The notes: generated from the sequence alone by a model not told the origin. A stretch of DNA of 32,000 nt from Dickeya solani IPO 2222 (GCF_001644705.1 NZ_CP015137.1:330001-362000), one strand, 5' to 3'. Counted from the stretch's first letter, positions 18,194-32,000 are shown. Numbers and translations are program-made.

Positions 18194-19609
18194 TTAGGCT
18201 GTATCGGGCTGTTTCGCAGAAGATGATGTAATTGGGGAACGCAACCTGGAGCTTTCCCAGTCGATCCGTTCAAACAAAATAATGGTGATAGCTGCTATTA
18301 ATAGGTTTGTAATAGGAAATGCCCACCACAGGCCGGAGATGCCTAGCGAGGTATAGTGGGATAATCCCCATGCCAGCGGGATCTGAACCAGCCATTGAGA
18401 AATCAGCGCCAGTGTCATGGTCGTCATTGTGCGTCCTGTTGCGCGAAAAGCACCATTTAAAGCCATCTGTAATCCAATCAATCCATAGCTTGGCGCGATG
18501 ATATGAAAGAAATGCGTCCCATGATTAATGACCTGGGTCTGTTCAGGCGCAAATAAACCAATAATATAAGGCGTAAAAGCGAATCCTATCAGGCCAATCA
18601 TTGTCAGAGTTAAAAATGAGATCGTTGCGCTCAAACGCCCAATGGCTCGTGCACGCTCAAATTTCCCCGCCCCAATATTTTGTCCAACCAGTGTTGCGGT
18701 AGCGATTGACATGCCAATCGCCGGTACAATAACAAGCGCATTAATATTATTTACTACACCGTAAGCCGCCGTGACCGCTGTCCCCAGCCCGGTCACCAGA
18801 GACATCATACCACTTGCGCTTAATGCATGAGCACACAGCTCAATTGACGAGGGCATTCCTAGCCGAACGACAGATTTAAAAACAGTAAATCTGGGTTTCA
18901 TCGCACGAAAATAAATCTTAAGACTAATACGGCTGAAACGTAAGGCCAAAAATCCTGCGACCATCGCAATGCATTGATTAATGAGAGTGGCAATACCTGC
19001 CCCCGTTACGCCAAATGCGGGAATAATCCCATAACCAAAGATAAATAGTGGGTCCATGATGGCGTTGAGAATCAGCGTACCCAGCGTGATCAATAATGGG
19101 ATACGGACTTCACCCGCCCCCCTCATCAGGGATTGCAGCATGGCAAAGCCAAAGGTAAATACCAGACCACTAATCAGAACGCGCAAAAAGCTGAGTGCGA
19201 GGGGAAAGACCTCGTCCTGAGTACCGAGCGTATGCAACATCCAGGGTGCAAGAAAATACCCTACCACCGAGATAGGTATTGAAAATAGCAATGACAACAT
19301 GAATACCTGGGCCGCAATATCGTTTGCATCCCGATACAAGCGGGCCCCGATACACTGCGCGACCAGTGTTGTACCGGCTATACTCAAGCCAATGCCCAAA
19401 GCAAAAGCAAGAAAAATTATGGGCTGGCTTACCGATATTGCCGCCACGGCTTTATCCCCCAAACGCCCCACCCAGAAAGCATCAATCATGATGTATCCGG
19501 ACTGTAAAAGATTGGCAAAAATAACGGGAACACCCATTGTTATCAGTGAGCGTAATATCGAACCTTGCAACAAGGTATTTGATGTTTCATTGGAGAGTTC
19601 AGAAGACAA
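18194..19609 (-). CDS. MATE-family efflux transporter (cluster-associated exporter)
   Basis: ORF track, 471 aa. Polytopic, with two MatE-like halves (GVPVIFANLLQSGYIMIDAFWVGRLGDKAVAAISVSQPIIFL...; GMPSSIELCAHALSASGMMSLVTGLGTAVTAAYGVVNNI...). Confidence 0.85.
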   Translation of the reverse strand: MSSELSNETSNTLLQGSILRSLITMGVPVIFANLLQSGYIMIDAFWVGRLGDKAVAAISVSQPIIFLAFALGIGLSIAGTTLVAQCIGARLYRDANDIAAQVFMLSLLFSIPISVVGYFLAPWMLHTLGTQDEVFPLALSFLRVLISGLVFTFGFAMLQSLMRGAGEVRIPLLITLGTLILNAIMDPLFIFGYGIIPAFGVTGAGIATLINQCIAMVAGFLALRFSRISLKIYFRAMKPRFTVFKSVVRLGMPSSIELCAHALSASGMMSLVTGLGTAVTAAYGVVNNINALVIVPAIGMSIATATLVGQNIGAGKFERARAIGRLSATISFLTLTMIGLIGFAFTPYIIGLFAPEQTQVINHGTHFFHIIAPSYGLIGLQMALNGAFRATGRTMTTMTLALISQWLVQIPLAWGLSHYTSLGISGLWWAFPITNLLIAAITIILFERIDWESSRLRSPITSSSAKQPDTA

Positions 19610-19813
19610 GAATTGATCCCTTAATGCAAATGGTTATGGAAAACTTACCGTAATGTCAAATCAATTGGGTGCAATCAGATGGCGATACCACAATGCGCCA
19701 TACAGAAATTCGGGAAGCCTGATTGATACATCATCACCGTCATATCCAAGATGGGATGCAAAAAAATGCATGACCTTCCCATCCAACAATACAACTTCAT
19801 CGCTGTATAATTA

Positions 19814-20356
19814 TTAAGGCGACGCAAAACAATCACTCACTCTAAAAATAAGAAGCTTACCGAGTAACTCTTGACGAATCCTATTATCCTGACCAAAAGT
19901 GAAAATATGGATTTTCATCAACGCCCTGTCCGGCTTGGAAGAGGATACCTCTATTTCAGTAATCTTTGCTTTTATTCTCAATATATCACCGGGTCGGGTA
20001 GGCCTAAGCCAGTTGATCTTCTCAACCCCTGTACCAATAATACCGTGCGCCAGAGGTAAGCTTTTAACCAGTAGATTCATGGTAATACTTACTGTGTGCC
20101 AGCCGCTCGCGGCCAGGCCTCTGAAGATGGAATCTTTTGCCAGTTTATCATCCATATGAAAGGGTTGCGGGTCATACTTCATCGAAAACTCGGTTATTTC
20201 ATCTACGCTGACATAATACTCAGAGCTATAAAAAACCTGACCGACTTTAAGGTCATCAAAATACAGCTTTGGTGGTGTCACATCCTTAACTTCGCTTCCT
20301 ATAGAGTATTTTTCATCATTACTCAAATAGTCGTTTGAATAATTTCCATCATGCAT
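19814..20356 (-). CDS. MaoC-like hot-dog fold (R)-hydratase/dehydratase
   Basis: ORF track, 180 aa. FDDLKVGQVF...VSVDEITEFSMKYDPQPFHMDDKLAKDSIFRGLAASGWHT fits the MaoC hydratase-2 region, with the Asp and His of the D-x-x-P-x-H motif retained. The gene is markedly AT-rich. Confidence 0.8.
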   Translation of the reverse strand: MHDGNYSNDYLSNDEKYSIGSEVKDVTPPKLYFDDLKVGQVFYSSEYYVSVDEITEFSMKYDPQPFHMDDKLAKDSIFRGLAASGWHTVSITMNLLVKSLPLAHGIIGTGVEKINWLRPTRPGDILRIKAKITEIEVSSSKPDRALMKIHIFTFGQDNRIRQELLGKLLIFRVSDCFASP

Positions 20357-20472
20357 ATTAACGAGCCTCCCTTACCAACATGAACATATCCGCCGGATGC
20401 TAACAGCTAAGTACCCCAATGAGCTGTGTTTTCCCTATGCAACCGTCAGTTAAAATTAGCGACATAAACAGC

Positions 20473-21198
20473 CTATGAAAAAGCCATCCAACCTGTCTTA
20501 TTTTGGCCTTGCCTCATCCGAAACTTTATAAAACCTTCCGCATTGTCGAATAATAAATAAATGTTATAACGAAATACTTGTTCAAACGTTAAACCGGGTG
20601 GATGCACATAACTATGCCCAGGATAAATGCGGACCTTTCCGGGTAACATCGTCTTAAGGCGTTCAATACTCGCAAACAAACTTGCCGCATCCGCATAATT
20701 GGAACACAGACCGCAGCCCTCAATGAACAGCGTATCACCAGTAAAGACGTGCTGACCGATCCAATAACAGGTACTTCCTGACGTATGGCCCGGCGTAATT
20801 ATCGGACGAATAAGCATTCCTGCAACATCCCAAGAGCACTCTTCAAACGTACGCATAGATGGAATACAGAATCCTGAAGACGCCGCCTCCTTACGCGATA
20901 TCCACACCGGGCAACGATGTTTATTTGCCAAATACTCAGCAAGATCAATATGGTCAGGATGAGCATGGGTTATCAATATTCCCGCAAGCTCTGCGTTGGC
21001 ATCCTTCAACGCGGTTTCCAGTGTGTCTATTTCCCACGCGGGATCAATCAGCAATGCCTGGCTAATGCGACGGTTAAGCACCATATAGTTGTTATTGATA
21101 AAACGACCACGGTTGACCTTTAACGTCGTCACCGCAATATCGTCTGATGAAATCGCGCACTCTAACGCCGACAACGCTATCTTATTTTCCAGCCACAT
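20473..21198 (-). CDS. Metallo-beta-lactamase-fold hydrolase, glyoxalase-II-like
   Basis: ORF track, 241 aa. ITHAHPDHIDL (HxHxDH), TPGHTSGS, FTGDTLF and YPGHSY cover the metal-ligand positions of glyoxalase II-type thioester hydrolases. Confidence 0.85.
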   Translation of the reverse strand: MWLENKIALSALECAISSDDIAVTTLKVNRGRFINNNYMVLNRRISQALLIDPAWEIDTLETALKDANAELAGILITHAHPDHIDLAEYLANKHRCPVWISRKEAASSGFCIPSMRTFEECSWDVAGMLIRPIITPGHTSGSTCYWIGQHVFTGDTLFIEGCGLCSNYADAASLFASIERLKTMLPGKVRIYPGHSYVHPPGLTFEQVFRYNIYLLFDNAEGFIKFRMRQGQNKTGWMAFS

Positions 21199-21491
21199 AG
21201 CATCTGCTCCACACCGTCAATGACAAAGGACATCACTCCCAACCGGAAATAAAAAACCAGATATCGTTATTTAAAAAAACAGCACGACAATTCGGATACC
21301 ATATTATTCCTCCTGCTCCTGACGGAATGACGGCACATACGCCTAACCATTTGCTAGCGTTGATAATTAGGCGTTATAATTCCGGCGATACCGACGGTGC
21401 TATGCTGATATCGCCGAACCTATTTCCGGTTATTTTAATCGTGTCCTCAGGCCATTCTTCTGGTCGTGGCACCTCATGCTGAATAAAAGAC

Positions 21492-22778
21492 TCACGCTTT
21501 AGGAATGATGACTTTCAGATTTTCAAAACCATGTAAAAAGTTAGAGTAATTACGCTCCGGCTCTTCAAGTACCTCTATTCTGGAAAAACGCTTGAGAATT
21601 TCTTCCCAGATAACTGTCAGTTGCATTTCGGCAACCCGACTGCCGATGCAGGCATGTACACCAACGCCAAAGGAGAGATGCCGGCGGGCGCGTTCACGGT
21701 CGATGCTGAAGGTATCGGGATCTTCAATCGCCGAGGCATCTCGGTTACCGGACGTGTACCACATGACGACACGATCGCCTTCCTTGATGTTTTTGCCACG
21801 GATTTCAACATCGTGGGTGGCAACACGACTCATAAAATTAACCGGGGGGTGGAAGCGCAGCGTTTCCGATATCATCGGCATCACCAGCTTAGGATTTGCC
21901 TTGAGCTTGGCGAACTCTTCTGGATATTTATCAAGCAGGTAAAGGCTGCTGGAGATAGTGTTACGCGTCGTGTCGTTACCACCGATAATCAGCAGGACAA
22001 CGGTACCGCGGAACTGTTCTAACGTCATATCGCGTGTGTCGGGGTGATTCGCCAGCATCGAGATAAGGTCATAGCTTGGCGGCCCATTGCGGCGTTTTTC
22101 CCACAGCGCCTCAAAGACTTGATAGCATTTAACGGTTTCTTCTGCCTTTTGCTCCCAGCTTTTCACCAGGCCATGTCCCGGCTCGAACATCAGCAGGTCA
22201 GACCAAAATGTCAGCTTACGGCGATCTTCAAAAGGAAAATCGAGCAGCGTCGCCAGGACTGTCGCGGTGAGCTCCTTGGATACCCGATCGACCCAGTCAA
22301 AGGGTTCGCCGATCGGCAGGCTGTCGAGAATAATTCCCGCACGCTCACGCATAATCGGCTCCATTTGAGCCAGGCTGGAAGGCCCCACGGCCGGTGTTAC
22401 CGCCTTGCGGTGTTTAGTATGCTCGGGGGGGTCCATCGTGATGAAGCCAACGCTTTTCCGTCGTTCATGGCCCAAAGCCTGCAGCGCCGCTTCGAGTTTG
22501 GTCTTCTCTTCAATCGATTTCAGATCGATGTTCTGAGTGGAGGTGAAATCGCGATAGTTATTTCCAACAACGCGAATATCCTCCCACAGCGTGAGCGACC
22601 AGTAAGGCCCAAATTCGCTTTCCGGCGTGAAATGCACCGGGTCTTCACGTCTGAGACGCTCGAACATCGGCAATTCAGCAGCATTAATGAAACGATCCCG
22701 ACTTGCCGGGTTGATTTTCTCTAACGGGATCGCGTTGATATCCTCAAAAACATCCTGTAATTGTTTAGTCATTTTCAT
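21492..22778 (-). CDS. Cytochrome P450, CYP153-like soluble class I type
   Basis: ORF track, 428 aa. Heme loop FGVGVHACIGSRVAE (FxxGxxxCxG), ExxR (ETLRF), I-helix LLIIGGNDTTRN, and ITMDPPEHTKHRKAV. I associate GGNDTTRN with CYP153 terminal hydroxylases. Confidence 0.88.
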   Translation of the reverse strand: MKMTKQLQDVFEDINAIPLEKINPASRDRFINAAELPMFERLRREDPVHFTPESEFGPYWSLTLWEDIRVVGNNYRDFTSTQNIDLKSIEEKTKLEAALQALGHERRKSVGFITMDPPEHTKHRKAVTPAVGPSSLAQMEPIMRERAGIILDSLPIGEPFDWVDRVSKELTATVLATLLDFPFEDRRKLTFWSDLLMFEPGHGLVKSWEQKAEETVKCYQVFEALWEKRRNGPPSYDLISMLANHPDTRDMTLEQFRGTVVLLIIGGNDTTRNTISSSLYLLDKYPEEFAKLKANPKLVMPMISETLRFHPPVNFMSRVATHDVEIRGKNIKEGDRVVMWYTSGNRDASAIEDPDTFSIDRERARRHLSFGVGVHACIGSRVAEMQLTVIWEEILKRFSRIEVLEEPERNYSNFLHGFENLKVIIPKA

Positions 22779-22905
22779 CCACTCATTACGTTTTTAGACA
22801 GTGCTACACACTTTCGATAGTGCTTCGATAGCGCTACAGCACGTGGCCGCAGAAGGGGCCTATTGGCGAATCCCGGCACCTTCCAGGGTATGCAGACGCA
22901 AACCT

Positions 22906-25900
22906 TTATTGATCCGCACCCACATGCACAAACTGAAGCCACCATCGAACCAGCTCGATAACATGCGGGGCTTTCAACACCGTAAAGTGCTGCGCCGGCC
23001 CCGCGATGATTTCCAGCTCTTCAGCCCAACGGCCCCATCCCACCGCATCTTCACGTCGGCGGTTAAGATCCTCGTCAGGATTCATCCACGGATCGCGCAC
23101 CTGTATCAGGTTTACCTGACCGTGGTAGCGTGCTGCCGGTAGATAATGCGTTTGTCTCGCGGCATAAAAGGTTTGCCACGAGCCTTGCAGTAGCCGCGAA
23201 GACGAATTGGCCGGAATTTTCCCCGCGCGATGAAGGTACTGGTGCACCGTAGACAACACCTGTTCAATGTCGTGACGGGCGTAAAGGGATTCATCAATAT
23301 CCAGCGTCGTCTCTACATTGAATCCGATGCTTTCGACATACTCGCGCATGCACTCAGCCAGGCTCGGCGCTACGGCGGCATCCTTGCTGCCAAGAGGCGC
23401 TTCTGAATCGATCAGCGTCAACGATGCTACGCGACAACCTTGGGCCGCTAATCGGCTCGCCATTTCGAACGCCACCTGCCCGCCAAAAGAGTGGCCAAGC
23501 AGGTGAACGGGCATCGTTTCACCGATACCCGCCTGACGAATAGCCGCAAGGTTACGGGCAGCCGCCGCCTCAACCGACAGATCCGGCACGCCAACACCAT
23601 CAATCCCTTTAGGCAGCAGGCCATAAACCGGCTGCCCGCCGGGCAACGCCTGTACGAACGGTATGAAATCCGTGACGCCCGCTCCGGCACCCGGCACACA
23701 AAACAGCGGCGTGCTATTGGCTGTGCCTTTTTGCAAGGTGATTAGCGGCTTGAAATCAGCCGTCGCCGCGGGGGCTGAACGTGTCGCCGGGCGTGGCTTT
23801 GCGCCAGCCTCAAAAGCGGGTGCCGGATGGTTGACCACATTGAGCTGACCGATCGGTGAATCCGGAGTGGAAACCATCGCTTCAAGCGTGGCGAGATAGC
23901 CGGCAGCCATACGCTCGGCCGTTTCACGGCGAAACAGGTCGACGGCATATTCCAGAATGCCATCCATCCCCAGCGGTTCACCTTCATCGCTATATTTTTC
24001 GTACAGCATGAAATAGAGATCCCACTTGGCGTTACCGCTGTGGACTGGGTATACCTGCGCCGCGAGGCCGGGGATATCAAAGGTTTCCGATGGCGCGTTT
24101 TGCAGGATCATCATGGTCTGGAACAGCGGATAATGCGACGGCGAGCGCACCGGCAATAACTCGCCGACCAGCTTCAGGTAAGGAATATCCTGATGACCAT
24201 ACGAGCTTAACGCCTGTGTGCGTACCCGTTCGAGCACCTCATTAACACGGGGATCCCCGGAGGTATCAACACGCATGACCCATTGCGTCAGGAAGCATCC
24301 CACCAGATCATTCAGCGCGTCGTCGCTACGCCCCGCGGAAACCGCACCAAGCGGGATATCCTCACCTGCGCCCAACCGGGTGTAATAGATACCCAGCGCC
24401 GCCTGCAATACCATCGACAACGTCATGTTGCGCTCACGCGCAAGGGCACTCAAACGCCGGTGCAAACGGGCATCGATCTGCAAAGGCAACATCTCGCCGC
24501 GATAGCTGGGTTTTACCGGGCGCGGGTAATCTTCCGGCAGCGCGAGCGTCGCAGGTAAGCCCGCGAGTGTTGTCTTCCAGTACGCCAACTGTTCTGCAAA
24601 CAGGCTGTTCGGATCATTAGGATCGCCGAGCAGCTCACGATGCCACACCGCGTAGTCGGCATATTGCACCGGCAACGGGGCGAACTGCGGCGCGTAACCG
24701 GCGAGACGTGCCTGATAGGCATGCGTGAGATCCCGTGTCAGCGGCGCCAGCGAAAACGCGTCACAGGCAATATGGTGGAATAGCATCACCAGAATGTGCG
24801 CCTGCGGTCCAACCCGGAGTATCGAAGGACGGAACGGCAGATCAACCGACAGATCGAACACCGAGGTAATCGCGGTAAATACCGCCTGATGCGCCTGCTC
24901 TGCGCTCACTTCCGTGTACGGGATATCGATATGGACATCGGCGAATGGCTCGACCACCTGCACCGGTTGCCCATCCACCATGCCAAAACGGGTACGCAGC
25001 GTTTCATGACGTTCCACCAGGTCGTACAGCGCCGCCGTTAACGCCGCCTGATCCAGCTCGCCCTCAAGCGAGACGACAATCGGCGTATTGAGTGATGAAT
25101 TATCACCACGCGTGTTCTGCCCAACCCACATCAGCTGCTGGCCGTAGGACACCGGCAGGGGATCGGGGCGCGGCTCGACCTTACTTAACGCCTGGCGGAC
25201 GTTGATCTGCTCATCAAGCTGCTTCGCCAGACTGGCCACCGTAGGATTTTCAAATAGCAGCCGCACCGGCAGCTCAATACCCAGTCTGGCACGAATACGT
25301 CCGATCAATCCGGTGGCCAGAATCGAGTGTCCGCCCATCGCAAAGAAGTCATCGTCAATGCCGATGTGCGGATGCTGGAGTAATTCGGCATACAGCTCGC
25401 ACAGCACCGCTTCGCGCGCATTACGCGGTGCCCGATAGGCGGCGGTATCACTGAATTCAACCGCCGGCAGCGCCTTGCGATCCACTTTCCCGTTAGCGGT
25501 CAGCGGGAATTGCGCCAGCGCCACGATACGCGCCGGCACCATATAGTCAGGTAAGTGCTCACTCAGATAATCCTGCAACGCCGTCTCAGACGCTTGCAGA
25601 CCAGCGCTAACCACGTAGGCGACCAGACGCTTGCCGCTGCCGTTATCCACCGCCAGCACCAACGCGTTATCGACGTGCGGATGTTCGGCCAGACGCGCCT
25701 CTATCTCACCCAGCTCAATACGAAAACCGCGCAGCTTGACCTGTTGATCGTTACGCCCCACAAAGACAAGGTTGCCATCGTCCTGATAGCGCACCAGATC
25801 GCCGGTGCGATACAGGCGGGCGTGCGGGTCAGCCACAAACGGATTGGCAACGAAACGTTCAGCGGTCAGATCGGCACGATTCAGATACCCCAGCGCGACG

Positions 25901-28628
25901 CCGTCCCCGCCGATATACAGCTCGCCAATGGCGCCTAATGGCGCGGGATGCTGATGCTTATCCAGCACGTAGAGCTGGGTATTGCCGATGGGACGCCCGA
26001 TGGGAATGCTGGCCGCATTGGCCGCAACGTCATGGATCGGGTAGGTGGTGGCAAAGGTGGTGGTTTCAGTCGGGCCGTAGCCATTGACCAGCTTCGCCGA
26101 TGGCGTCGTGCGCAGCACCTGGGCAATGATGTTCGGATCGAGCGCATCACCGCCGATAAACAGAGACGTGAACTGCGCGATCACCGGGGCCAGTTCGCTA
26201 TACAGCTGGTTGAACAAGCCCACGGTCAGCCACATCTGGTTCACGCGATGATGCTGAAGCGTGCGCACCAGCCGTGCCGGCGTGAGCAAGGTATCCTGAT
26301 CAATCACCACGCAGGTGCCGCCATTGAGCAACGGCGCCCAAATTTCCAACGTGCTCGCATCAAAGGCGGTGTTGGCGGCAAGGGCCATGCGATCGCCCGG
26401 CGCAAACACGCCGACGCCGCTATTAATCACCAGCCGATTGATAGCGTAATGCGGCACCAATACGCCTTTCGGTATCCCGGTCGAGCCGGAGGTGTAGATG
26501 ATATAAGCCGGCGCGGCGGCGGCAGTCTGCACATCGACGGCGGCATCACTCGCCTGCACCACCTCAGCGCTATCGACATCAATCACCGGCAGATCGATGT
26601 CTGCCGCCAGCGCGTGATGGGCGTCGCTGATCAGGAGGCGAGCGGAGCAATCCTCGATAACCCAGCTTAAGCGCTCTGGCGGCGCCAGTGGGTCCAGCGG
26701 CACGTAAGTCGCGCCCGCCTTGAGTATAGCAAGCGTCGCCGCCAGCAATGCGCTGCCACGCGGCAGCAATAACGCCACAAAATCCCCCGGCTGTACCCCG
26801 TGGGCTACCAGCACCTGCGCCAGTTGGTTGGCGCGCTGATTCAGGCGGCAATAGCTCATCTGCGCTTCGCCGTCGATGACCGCAATCGCGTCTGGCGTGC
26901 GAGCCGCCTGTTGCTCGAATAACCGGTGAACAGGTTCATTCGCGGGATAAGAGGCTGCCGTCGCGTTCCAGTCAACCAGCAGGCGCGTGCGCTCGCCGGC
27001 GGGCAGGATGTCCAGCGCATGCATTGGCGTAGCGGGGTTGCTGTCCAGCGCATCGGCAAGGCTTTTCATGGTCTGCTGGAGATAGCCAATAATCCGTTGC
27101 GCAGACAACGGCGCTGCCGCGAGTACGTTCAGACGCAACGTCTCACCGAAGTCATCCACCGACACGGTCAGCGGGTAATCGGTGCGCTCTTCAAAGCCGT
27201 GCCATTCCACGTCATCACGTTCACCGGAAACATCAACGCTTTCGTCTTCCGCCTGCTGATTATGGCGGTAGTTGAACAGCACATTGAACAAGGCCGTTGG
27301 CGGCGCAATACCGCTGCAACGCTGAACCAGACTGAGAGCGGCATGTTCATGATCCAATAATGCCGCCAGACGCTTATGCGTCAAACGGACACTGTCTTCC
27401 ACGCCGACATTCCCCAGATCCAGGCGGATCGGCAGCGTATTAATGAACGGCCCCATGATCTGATCGGCACCCTCGCCGGCCTGCAACCGGCCAAGCAGAA
27501 TGGTACCGAACACCACCGTATCGCTGTCGCTGGCGCGTGCCATCACCTGCCCCCACACCAGATGACAGAGGCTCCCCATACTGACGCCAAGACGGCGCGC
27601 ATGAGCACGCAAACGCGCGACGATAGCCGGTTCTACATTCTGGCGCCGCTCAACAACGCTGGCGCTGTCCACCGCCCCATTAGCCATGCCGAACGCGAGC
27701 GTCGGCGCATCAATGTCACCCAGCATCTGGCGGAAGAAGAGCTCGTGCTGAATATCTGACGCCCCTGCGCGTATCCTGGCGATCAGACGGCGGAACGGTT
27801 GCGGCGCGGGCAATAGCTGACCACGGCCCATGATAAAGGCCGTAATATCGCGGATCATGATCTGCAACGAGGCGATATCATCGATCAGGTGATGCAGCAG
27901 CATGAGCATTTCCCAGCGCCCGCTTTGCCGGTCCTGAGCGACATACAGACTCAGCAGCGGCGCCTGAGTCAGGTCAATACGGTAATGCGATGGATGATAG
28001 CGTTCGACCAATTGGTCCATGACAGGGCCATTGGTCGGGTCAAGTTCAACTTCCGTGACCTGCACGCGTGCGTGACGCAGCACCACCTGTGCCGAGCGCG
28101 ACAAACCGCGCGAGAAAAACGCCGTGCGCAGAATGTCATGCCGGTTAATGGTGTGCTGAACCGCCTCCACGTATTGCGTCATCACCTCACGGTTAGCCAG
28201 AGAGATCCTGGCAAACTGTAGGTAAGGGTCCCCCTTGTCGCTCAACTGGTGCAGAAAGAGGATCCCGTCCTGCAACGGCGTCAATGCGTAGATATCCTGC
28301 ACATTCGCTACGCCGCCCGGCACGCTGGCAACAATATGCGCGATATCAGCCTCAGTGAGATCAATCAGCGGCAACATCTCTGGCGTCAGGTGGGTGGTCT
28401 CTGGAGCGATCCGATTCGCCGGTACCCTTGAGCCGCTATTCCCGCCTTGCGGGGATAAATCTCTTCCCTGACGCAGTGCGTCGACGAGAGCAGGTTTGTG
28501 CTCTCGCAACGCCGCCTTGATATCAGGGGTCAACGACCCCTTCGCTGCCTTGACGACCAGAGATTCACCATCCAGCGATAAGGCGATGTTGGCCTCATCC
28601 AGTGTCTGCAAAAGGCCATCGAAATCGA

Positions 28629-28632
<4 letters not shown>
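22906..28632 (-). CDS. Non-ribosomal peptide synthetase, docking-C-A-T-C-TE (terminal module)
   Basis: ORF track, 1908 aa. Hand-mapped domains follow. TubC-N-type docking, aa 1-56 (28465-28632). C1, aa ~85-535 (DIYALTPLQDGILF; HHLIDD = 27877-27894). A, aa ~565-1058 (YIIYTSGSTGIPKGV, NGYGPTETT, GELYIGGDGVALGY, YRTGDLV, GRNDQQVKLRGFRIELGEIE, NGKVDRK). T, aa ~1070-1140 (FFAMGGHS; Ser codon 25324-25326). C2, aa ~1158-1588 (SYGQQLMW, RHETLRTRF, HHIACDAFS, YADYAVW, HQDIPY). A 45-aa Ala/Pro linker follows. TE, aa ~1638-1900 (GHSFGG; Ser codon 23488-23490). ATGA overlap with the upstream NRPS stop. Confidence 0.93.

Positions 28633-32000
<3,368 letters not shown>

Overview
This window reads like a chromosomal segment from a soft-rot Pectobacteriaceae genome of the Dickeya type. 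That attribution rests on recognising endoglucanase Z (CelZ/Cel5Z) and the PL9 pectate lyase PelL from memory; it is not database-verified.

Layout, left to right:
(1) 1-5007, minus strand: the conserved flagellar/chemotaxis block cheA (3' end cut by the window edge)-motB-motA-flhC-flhD, with a consensus CRP site upstream of flhD.
(2) 5.6-14.3 kb: an accessory patchwork. It holds a frameshifted and truncated YqhD-like alcohol dehydrogenase pseudogene, a Tar/Tsr-type MCP ending in NWETF with a candidate sigma28 promoter, two small unknown genes, a YeeO-like MATE exporter, cytochrome b562, and convergent celZ and pelL sharing a hairpin terminator.
(3) 15.0-16.4 kb: a complete four-gene phage-type lysis cassette (holin, lambda-R-type transglycosylase, Rz, overlapping Rz1). 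No other phage gene is present in the window.
(4) 16.4-17.8 kb: small unknown ORFs, a decayed hicA toxin gene, and the tRNA operon leuZ-cysT. The third member of that operon (glyW in E. coli) survives only as a ~25-nt 3' fragment.
(5) 18.2-32.0 kb, all minus strand: a secondary-metabolite island directly abutting that fragment. It carries two NRPS genes (dock-C-A[Ser code]-T, running off the window, and dock-C-A[Val-like code]-T-C-TE), a CYP153-like P450, a glyoxalase-II-like MBL hydrolase, a MaoC hot-dog hydratase and a MATE exporter.

I found no rRNA, CRISPR array, IS element, transposase or integrase. The two best candidates for something new are the NRPS island, with its atypical T-C-TE terminus, and the orphan but intact lysis cassette, which could be a holin/peptidoglycan-hydrolase release system. 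All coordinates of motifs and sites were indexed by hand.
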